Shown here: piece by piece, positions 1 to 6,530 of the stretch
How the letters are laid out: every line of letters begins with the position of its first letter
Position numbering within the stretch: the stretch's first letter is position 1
Source: Abditibacteriaceae bacterium
GTDB taxonomy: Bacteria; Armatimonadota; Abditibacteriia; Abditibacteriales; Abditibacteriaceae
Assembly (NCBI GenBank): GCA_031425655.1
Contig: JANPJS010000005.1
Span: 1 to 26,403, forward strand
DNA: 26,403 bases
Direction of reading: 5' to 3'
Program-made: the position numbers and the translations under genes
Notes under the pieces: generated by a model
What the model saw: the letters and a program-made list of their open reading frames with translations, nothing else
Databases searched by the model: none
What the model was told of the DNA's origin: nothing

Positions 1-2
1 TT

Positions 3-233
3 CCGTGCGATCTCAAAGCCGGCGACGTGCTGTTTTTCAACGGCAGCGTGATTCACGGCTCGTATCCCAACACTTCGCGCGAGCGATTTCGCCGCGCCTT
101 CATTTGCCATTATATGCCGGCTTCATCCGTAGAAATCAGCCACTTTTATCAACTGTGGGATTTCGACGGCAACGCGGCCCAGCGCGAAGCCAGCCAATGG
201 GGCGGCCCGTGCGGCACCGAGCATAACGCCTGA
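3..233 (+). CDS. Phytanoyl-CoA dioxygenase (PhyH)-family 2OG-Fe(II) oxygenase, C-terminal part (5' truncated by window edge)
   Basis: Frame open from window start: PCDLKAGDVLFFNGSVIHGSYPNTSRERFRRAFICHY matches the PhyH C-terminal motif (GDxxFF...HxS..N.S...R). Confidence 0.85.
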   Translation, partial: PCDLKAGDVLFFNGSVIHGSYPNTSRERFRRAFICHYMPASSVEISHFYQLWDFDGNAAQREASQWGGPCGTEHNA

Positions 234-234
234 A

Positions 235-305
235 TTAGCCGCAAAAACGCGCAAAAACAAAAGGCCACGACATTCATTGTCGTGGCCTTTTTGCTTTGCG
301 GCTAA
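235..305. terminator. Nested inverted repeat / probable bidirectional intrinsic terminator between convergent genes
   Basis: 14-bp stem aaaaggccacgaca (259-272)/tgtcgtggcctttt (278-291) with A/T tails; outer arms ttagccgcaaa (235-245)/tttgcggctaa (295-305) include the sirtuin stop. Confidence 0.75.
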
Positions 306-1123
306 CACTTTTCGTCAATCACGCTCAGAGCTTCGAGCGCGCTCATCGGCACGCTGAAAGTGCCCGGAGGCCCTTCGCTTTCGCGCGGATTGATGCGGAT
401 TAAATCGGCGCCGGCGCGCTGCAAGGTTTCGCTCATGCGGCGCACCGTCGGAACTGCACGGCCCGCGCTGCACTCCACCACGACGAGGCGCGCGTCTTCT
501 AAAGTCGCCAGCCATGCTTCAAAGCGTTGTTCCTGCTCATTGCTGCGGTTCCACAGCCATTGGCCGTCGGAAAACATCAAGACATTCGGGCGCGCCATCG
601 CATCGCAATGTGGACAACGCGGCAACGGCTCGTCGGCGCGAAAACTTACTTCGTCAACCGCGATTTCCATGTCGCCCGCAGGCCAAATTTCTTCGCCGCA
701 CGGCGCGCTGCATTGCAAGTGATTGAGCGAGCCATGACATTCGTAGACGCGTTCGTCGTCAAACCCGGCGCGCTGAAAATGCCCCTCCACGTTCGAGGTA
801 AAAACGAAGGCGCCGCGCGACATGGTTTCGGCCCAGCGCCGCAAAATAGCGAAGCCAGCGTGTGGCTGCGCCGCGCAATAAAGATTGAAGCGATGGCCAT
901 AAAAGCCCCACGCCAATTCCGGGTCGCGCTCGAACCACGTCGGATTAGCGACTTGCTCGAAGGCTAAACCCATTTCCGCGAAGGGCGGATAAGCGCGCCA
1001 AAACCCTTCTTTTCCGCGAAAATCGGGTAGCCCCGAATCCACGCCCATGCCCGCACCGGCGGCGATGACTAACGCATCGGCCCGCGCCATAATTTCCGCC
1101 GCTTGCTCAAGAGAATCGCTCAT
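302..1123 (-). CDS. Sir2-family NAD-dependent protein deacylase (sirtuin)
   Basis: GAGMGVDSGLPDFRG, FTSNVEG, HGS, Zn ligands CSAPC/CPHC, RPNVLMF, IRINPRE; start taken at ATG 1123 (MSDSL) because the longer ORF runs into a repeat. Confidence 0.9.
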   Translation of the reverse strand: MSDSLEQAAEIMARADALVIAAGAGMGVDSGLPDFRGKEGFWRAYPPFAEMGLAFEQVANPTWFERDPELAWGFYGHRFNLYCAAQPHAGFAILRRWAETMSRGAFVFTSNVEGHFQRAGFDDERVYECHGSLNHLQCSAPCGEEIWPAGDMEIAVDEVSFRADEPLPRCPHCDAMARPNVLMFSDGQWLWNRSNEQEQRFEAWLATLEDARLVVVECSAGRAVPTVRRMSETLQRAGADLIRINPRESEGPPGTFSVPMSALEALSVIDEKC

Positions 1124-1130
1124 AAATAAA

Positions 1131-1188
1131 AACCGCCAAGGCGCCAAGAACGCCAAAAAATCTTGGTGTTCTTGGCGTCTTGGCGGTT
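1131..1188. repeat. REP-like palindrome with 9-bp periodic arms
   Basis: aaccgccaag-gcgccaag-aacgccaa ... ttggtgtt-cttggcgt-cttggcggtt; arms are near-perfect reverse complements. Confidence 0.85.
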
Positions 1189-1193
1189 AAAAA

Positions 1194-2006
1194 TTACGCC
1201 GGCAAAACGCGCATTACGACTTTGCCGAACGCGACTTTGTCACCGAGTTTGACGGGTTGCGGCTCGTCGTCGGGAATCGGGCGATTGTTGATGCGCGTTT
1301 TGTTGCCGCCGCCCAAATGGGTCACGCTGAGGACGCCGTTTTCAAACTTCAAAGTGGCGTGGCGGCGATGAACGTAGCCCGCGTCCTGGTCGGAAAGGTC
1401 AATGTCAGGATAAATGCCATCGTCGGCATCTTCGCGTCCGACTAACATTTCCGCATCGCCCAGCACGAATTGTGCGCCGACGGTTTGGCCCTGTTCAACC
1501 ACGAATTTCACTTGTCCGGGCTGCAATTCGGCGCCCGGCGCCGGTGCGCTGATCGGTGCGGGCGGAACGGGCGGCATCGGCGGCGTGTTCGTATCGTCCG
1601 CCGTGCTTATATCATCCGCCGGGATGGAAATCGGCACCGGCGCGGCGCCGGGAACGGCAGTCGCCAACGGCGCGCTGGGCATCGAAACGTCAATATCCGG
1701 GATCGCGGGAGCCGGAAACGCATCCACCGCTCCGGCATCCGGCGCCGGCATCGAAACCGGAGCTTGCGCCGATTGAGCCGGCGGCGGCGCGCCTCCCGCT
1801 TTCAATTCGGCGCCGCAAACTTCGCAGGCCACGTTGTCCGCCGGATTCATGTTGTCGCACGCCGGACATTGAATCATCGCGTTGCCGGCAGACGGTGACG
1901 CGGCGGCATTAGCAGCGCCGTTCGCTGCGGGCAAATCTTCGCCGCAGCCTTCGCAAAACTGTGTGCCGGGCACGTTGTCGTGGCCGCATTGAACACATTT
2001 AATCAT
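1194..2006 (-). CDS. Double zinc-ribbon + Pro/Ala linker + FHA domain protein
   Basis: CVQC..CEGC and CPAC..CEVC ribbons; C-terminal VGRED...PDIDLS...VHRRHA...NKTRIN...GDKVAFG; ATG 2006 overlaps the upstream stop (ATGA). Confidence 0.88.
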   Translation of the reverse strand: MIKCVQCGHDNVPGTQFCEGCGEDLPAANGAANAAASPSAGNAMIQCPACDNMNPADNVACEVCGAELKAGGAPPPAQSAQAPVSMPAPDAGAVDAFPAPAIPDIDVSMPSAPLATAVPGAAPVPISIPADDISTADDTNTPPMPPVPPAPISAPAPGAELQPGQVKFVVEQGQTVGAQFVLGDAEMLVGREDADDGIYPDIDLSDQDAGYVHRRHATLKFENGVLSVTHLGGGNKTRINNRPIPDDEPQPVKLGDKVAFGKVVMRVLPA

Positions 2007-3094
2007 GGTTTTCCTTTGGGATTCCAAATCAGATTTTTAGTTTCGTCCGCGCCAATGGCTTTAACGCGGCCATCGCAAAACGCAACGTTCGCGCGTCCGT
2101 TGTGACGAAAATCCAGCTTTTCGTCTTTACCTTCGTAAAACAAAACGATGCGCGACGGCTCAGCAAGATCGGCGCGATTCAGGCCGTCAAGATGCGTATT
2201 CAGCGTGTAGGGCTTGCCCAAACGCGCCAGACCGAGATTATCCGTTAAGTTATCGCGGCGCGCTTGCTCTTCGGCGTTTTCCGGCTTCTCGCTGCGAAGA
2301 GGGCAAAAGTAAATCTGCGGCGTTTTGCTGTAGATATACGTGGCTTTTTGCCAGTTCTGATTCAGCAAAACGACTAAGGTTTGCTTGGCGGCATCGGCTA
2401 CCGAAAGCTTTTTTGCCGCCTTGTCGAATGCGTAAACCTCGTCAAAATCCTGAATCATTTGCATCGCCGCCAGCGCTAATTGCTTGAGATTCGATTGACA
2501 CGACGCGCGTTGAGCGTTACCGCGCGCTTTGTCGGTCAAGGCGGGGTTCGCTAAAAACGAGGCCATCACCGTGATGAATCCGTTGCCTTTTTCCAGACCG
2601 GGCGGCGGATTATCTTCCTCCACTTGTTTCGGCTCGGCTTCTTCCGGTTCAGCCAGCATTGCCGCGTTGCCGACGATTTTCCACAATCCGTCAACGCGAC
2701 GCAGCAACACCCGCTCGGAGTTCGACGGTCGTTTGGGTTGTGGCTCGTCTTGCCTCGTCATTTTGGTGTGAAGAGTTGCGGAGGCCCATTCGCCTTGCTC
2801 TTGAATGCGCGGTTCGCTCATGGAAACCTGCCGACGCATTTTCGTGAGTTCATCCGTTAACGATGCTAATTTCGTTGGCTCGTCTGTTTTTCCACTTCTC
2901 ACGCACTGCGCGGCCTGCACAAGGTCGTAACGATTGAGTGCCGCCGCAAGCGAACGAATCGCCAAAAGCGGCGACGAAAGATCAATTTTGTCTTGCACCG
3001 GCAGCGTGACTTTGGGGATCGGAGCCGGCAAGCTTGGCTGCGCTAAAACCGCTCCCGCCAACAGGAAAGTCAAACCGAAGATGCGAAACGCCAT
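2003..3094 (-). CDS. Exported protein with C-terminal DUF1559 / H-X9-DG domain
   Basis: Signal peptide (MAFRIFGLTFLLAGAVLA); ASCQSNLKQLALAAMQMIQDFDE and RHNGRANVAFCDGRVK; RBS ggagga just upstream. Confidence 0.8.
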   Translation of the reverse strand: MAFRIFGLTFLLAGAVLAQPSLPAPIPKVTLPVQDKIDLSSPLLAIRSLAAALNRYDLVQAAQCVRSGKTDEPTKLASLTDELTKMRRQVSMSEPRIQEQGEWASATLHTKMTRQDEPQPKRPSNSERVLLRRVDGLWKIVGNAAMLAEPEEAEPKQVEEDNPPPGLEKGNGFITVMASFLANPALTDKARGNAQRASCQSNLKQLALAAMQMIQDFDEVYAFDKAAKKLSVADAAKQTLVVLLNQNWQKATYIYSKTPQIYFCPLRSEKPENAEEQARRDNLTDNLGLARLGKPYTLNTHLDGLNRADLAEPSRIVLFYEGKDEKLDFRHNGRANVAFCDGRVKAIGADETKNLIWNPKGKP

Positions 3095-3107
3095 AAATCC
3101 TCCGTTT

Positions 3108-4376
3108 TCACGACAAACGCTTGGTCTTTTTGGTTTCCGCCGACGAAGTGGCCAGCGCGTCCGGCGAAATATCGCCGCCGCTATCGAGCGCGTCCTGCAT
3201 ATCTTCCAGCACTTTAGTTGCGGTGGATTTGCCCAAACGCTGCGTCATCTTCTTTTTCGTGGCTAAAATGCTGGTCATGCGATGGCGGTCGCCGGTTTTG
3301 ACGGCTTTTTCCAGTTCGACCTGCAATTTGTAATCGTTGGCTTCTTCGATGAGGCGCTGCACTTCGCCGTTGCGCTGGCCCAGTTCAAGCTCGTTGTCCG
3401 AATAGCCAACCGTGACGTTGGTCGTGACTTCAAATGGCTGGCCTTCCATAGTCACCGTCGCTTTGACTTGGCAAAGCAGTCCGCGCCCGCCGCTTTCCTG
3501 CGGCGCCGATGTCACGATGTCTAATAAATACGCTTGCGGCTGATCGTTTTGTATCGAGCCGACGGGAATCGTCAGCGTTTGATTATTGACTTTAGGCGGG
3601 TCGAAAATCTTCTTGTCGGGCGACACGCGCCAGAAGCGGCGCGCCACGCCGTTGAGGCGCAGCACTTCAAGCGTCACGTCGGCCATCACGGTGCTTTGAA
3701 TGCGCCCGAACTCGTCTTGAAAAGCGTCGGCGAGTTCTTCGGGCGTTTTCGACATCAGGAATTTGCCCGAACCACGGTCGGCTAAATCGCGCAAAAACGC
3801 CGCATCATAATCCGCCGCCGGGCCAAGTCCGATGGTCGAAAGCGACACGCCGTGCGATTGAAATTCGGCGTTCGCGCGTTCGAGATAAGAGGTTTTATCG
3901 TCTTGAATATACCCTTGATCGTCGGTCGGCTCGCCGTCGGAAAGCAAAATCACGAAGGTGGTCATTTCGGGTGAGCGATGCGGCCCGACTTCAGCGAAAA
4001 CCTGATTCAACCCGGCCAAAAGCTCCGTCGCGCCTTCGACGCGCAGGTTGCCGACGGCGCGAATGGCATTGGCTTTCACATCGTCGGCGAACATCATCGA
4101 AGGCGCGACGGTTCGCGCGCCTGACGAAAACACGCAGACAGCCGCGCGATCTTGCGCTCCCAAACCTTCGAGCAAAAGCTGGCAGGCGCGCTTGGCGTTT
4201 TCCAATTTTGAGCCTTGCATCGAATGCGAGCAATCGAGCAAAATGCCCAAGTTGAGCGGCAGCGAACGCAGGCCGCTGGCCGGCGACAGCTCGATCATGA
4301 TGGTCTGTAAATAATCGCCGCGCGTAGGACGAAACTCTTTATCCAGCGCGGTGCGAACTTGTAAAGCGTCACTCAT
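3108..4376 (-). CDS. von Willebrand factor A (vWA) domain protein
   Basis: Intact MIDAS: LLDCSHSM (DxSxS), GATEL, LLSDGEP; helical C-terminal tail. Confidence 0.9.
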   Translation of the reverse strand: MSDALQVRTALDKEFRPTRGDYLQTIMIELSPASGLRSLPLNLGILLDCSHSMQGSKLENAKRACQLLLEGLGAQDRAAVCVFSSGARTVAPSMMFADDVKANAIRAVGNLRVEGATELLAGLNQVFAEVGPHRSPEMTTFVILLSDGEPTDDQGYIQDDKTSYLERANAEFQSHGVSLSTIGLGPAADYDAAFLRDLADRGSGKFLMSKTPEELADAFQDEFGRIQSTVMADVTLEVLRLNGVARRFWRVSPDKKIFDPPKVNNQTLTIPVGSIQNDQPQAYLLDIVTSAPQESGGRGLLCQVKATVTMEGQPFEVTTNVTVGYSDNELELGQRNGEVQRLIEEANDYKLQVELEKAVKTGDRHRMTSILATKKKMTQRLGKSTATKVLEDMQDALDSGGDISPDALATSSAETKKTKRLS

Positions 4377-4394
4377 TTTTTCTCCAATTTCAGG

Positions 4395-4528
4395 TCTCTC
4401 GCAAAGACGTCCTGCCCAGAGGGCGCCCGGCGCAAAGAGTTTTTTGAAAGTTTCAGGTTAAATCTGCAACGAGCATCCACAGCAAAAACCTCTTGTTTAT
4501 CTTTGCGGCTTTGCGTCTTTGCGAGAGA
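4395..4528. repeat. REP-like palindrome (cgcaaaga units) with an extra module in the left arm
   Basis: tctctcgcaaagacg (4395-4409) pairs with cgtctttgcgagaga (4514-4528); left arm interrupted by cctgcccagagggcgccc (4411-4428). Confidence 0.8.
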
Positions 4529-6229
4529 TTACAAAAAGATCACGCATAAAGCCGTGATGTTATCGGCGCCGCCTGCGGTGTTGCTGGCATCTACCAAATC
4601 GCGCACCACTTCGCGCGGGTCGTTTTCGTGCAAAAACGGGGCGATTTCCGTGTCGCGCAGCATATCAACCACGCCGTCGGAGACCAACAAAAGTTTATCG
4701 CCGGGTTTGCACAATCGCAAAAACACGTCCTTCTGACGCAATTTCGGGTCGCCGATGTTGGCCGTGATGACCGAGCCGTCGGGATGATCCCACGATTCTT
4801 CTTCGGTTAAATCGCCGGCATCAATCAGCATTTGCACGTAAGAATGATCTTTCGTGACTCGCTGCAAGCCGGTTTCGGCGCTCCACTTATAGCCGCGACT
4901 ATCGCCGACGTTGGCCACGAAAACGCGCCGTCCGACGCGAATGGCAAAGGTTAAAGTCGCGCCGGGTTTGGCGCGTTTGCCGCGAAATGCCGGTGATTCG
5001 GTCAATTCGACAACGGCACGGTTCACTTCGTCAATGATTTCCAACAGCGCGCTGCGAACGGCGACGTTATCCTGCCAGTTCAACTCCGTGGCGCGGGCAT
5101 CGAGAGCATCGGCGAGCGCGCCTAACGTCAAATCGCTGGCGACTTCACCGCCTTCGTGGCCACCCATGCCGTCGGAAACCGCGTAAATATCGAACTCGTA
5201 GCTGCCCAGATGCGCCGCGCGATGCAATCGCCGAATAAAGCCGCCGTCTTCGTTGAGTTCGCGCTCCTGCCCGACATCCGTCAGCAGCGCCGCTTCGACA
5301 CGCAGCGCGCTTTCCGCCCATAAATCGCGCACCGCCTGCGCGACTTCGGCTGCGTTTTCAAAGCCATTTTCGCTGAGACGCCGCGCGAAATCCTTCACTT
5401 CCTCCGTCATCGCCAGCCCGGCGAATGCGTCGTCCAGACGCATGGTAACCGCTTCGGATAACGCGCGCTTGAGCAGAAAATCGCTGATTTCCGCCAGTTG
5501 CGCGAGGCCGCTCGGCATGGTTTGGCTCCCCGCTTCGACGAAGCCGAAAAAGCGCAGCGCGCCATCAACATCAATCCGCAAAAGCTCGCGCGAAAAATCG
5601 GCGCGCAGTTTTTGCGCTTCGAGTTCGGCTAAGCCTTGCGCGAGCGTAGACATCAAGCGCAAATAAGTTTCATCGTTGGTCGGCGCGTTGAAATCGCCAA
5701 GCGCGATGCCGGATTCACTCGAAAACTGCAAATAATCGCGCCCTTCCTGCGTAAATCGCTCTCCGACAGGAAAAAGCGGCGATTCGAGCGCAGTTTCAGG
5801 CCATGTTTCGCGGCTGTCACGCTCGGCGATAAGCACCGGATACGATTCGTCGTAAGCGCCGCCATCGGCCCAGTAAAGATTAGTCAGACCGCGCGCTACG
5901 ACTTCTTTGATTTCATATTCCAAGCGCAAAAACGCGCCGGGCAAAAGCGGGCGCGGCGGTTCGGGCAAGTGCGCTTCGGGCAAAGCCGCCACGCGCGGCG
6001 CTTCGGGTAACGTGGCTGGCGCGACAGGCGCTTGCGGCGCTTCAATCGGCGGCGAGGCAGACGTTTGTGACGATTCGTCCGTCAACGGAGCGGAGGGAAT
6101 TTGCGGAGCGGTTTCGGAAGCAACGGCAATTTCCGAGGAATCATCAGGAACGGCTGCGATTTCGGGGGAATTGTCCGGGGCGGGTTCTACCGTGGCTTCA
6201 GTTGGTGGCGCTTGAGGTTCTGGGAGCAT
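4529..6229 (-). CDS. PP2C/PPM Ser/Thr phosphatase with Pro-rich N-terminus and degenerate kinase-like middle domain
   Basis: DVGQERELNEDG, VSDGMGGHEGGEVAS, NVGDSRGY, DHS, LVSDGV, GGADNIT all intact; start ATG 6229 or GTG 6250. Confidence 0.9.
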   Translation of the reverse strand: MLPEPQAPPTEATVEPAPDNSPEIAAVPDDSSEIAVASETAPQIPSAPLTDESSQTSASPPIEAPQAPVAPATLPEAPRVAALPEAHLPEPPRPLLPGAFLRLEYEIKEVVARGLTNLYWADGGAYDESYPVLIAERDSRETWPETALESPLFPVGERFTQEGRDYLQFSSESGIALGDFNAPTNDETYLRLMSTLAQGLAELEAQKLRADFSRELLRIDVDGALRFFGFVEAGSQTMPSGLAQLAEISDFLLKRALSEAVTMRLDDAFAGLAMTEEVKDFARRLSENGFENAAEVAQAVRDLWAESALRVEAALLTDVGQERELNEDGGFIRRLHRAAHLGSYEFDIYAVSDGMGGHEGGEVASDLTLGALADALDARATELNWQDNVAVRSALLEIIDEVNRAVVELTESPAFRGKRAKPGATLTFAIRVGRRVFVANVGDSRGYKWSAETGLQRVTKDHSYVQMLIDAGDLTEEESWDHPDGSVITANIGDPKLRQKDVFLRLCKPGDKLLLVSDGVVDMLRDTEIAPFLHENDPREVVRDLVDASNTAGGADNITALCVIFL

Positions 6230-6253
6230 GGATAAGGCCTCGAATCGCACGGC

Positions 6254-6262
6254 ATTTTACCA
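6254..6262 (-). promoter_or_regulatory. Possible extended -10 element for the PP2C operon
   Basis: Minus strand TG-G-TAAAAT about 25 nt upstream of ATG 6229. Confidence 0.3.
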
Positions 6263-6300
6263 AAGGGTGAATAGGCTTTGCCGAAACCGATTTTCAATAC

Positions 6301-6453
6301 AACCCCTCACCCCCGGCCCCTCTCCCCGAACGGCTGGGGAGAGGGGAGTCTCAGTTCAAAGGCTCCAAATTATCTGAAACGTGACGAAGGGAATCAGACG
6401 CTCCCCTCTCCCCGCGCAGCGGATTTGGGGAGAGGGGCCGGGGGCGAGGGGTT
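6301..6453. repeat. REP/MITE-like double-hairpin palindrome (CCCCTCACCCC..CCCCTCTCCCC..GGGGAGAGGGG family)
   Basis: Two inverted units, each with an internal cccctctcccc/ggggagagggg hairpin; termini aacccctc/gaggggtt; lies in the divergent intergenic region. Confidence 0.9.
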
Positions 6454-6530
6454 TCTAAAGATTCGCCGCCGGTGGCCGCAGTCTTTCGCTAAAATGAGAA
6501 CGACAACGCATTCACTTTGAAGGACGCATT

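Noticed and set aside
302..1123. Defence-type Sir2 NADase (Thoeris/DSR)
   Set aside because: It has the Zn-binding subdomain and size of a stand-alone classical sirtuin, with no fused sensor or TIR partner
6278..6520. 80-aa ORF (PHPRPLSP...GRGAGGEG)
   Set aside because: It is the translation of the palindromic repeat at 6301-6453
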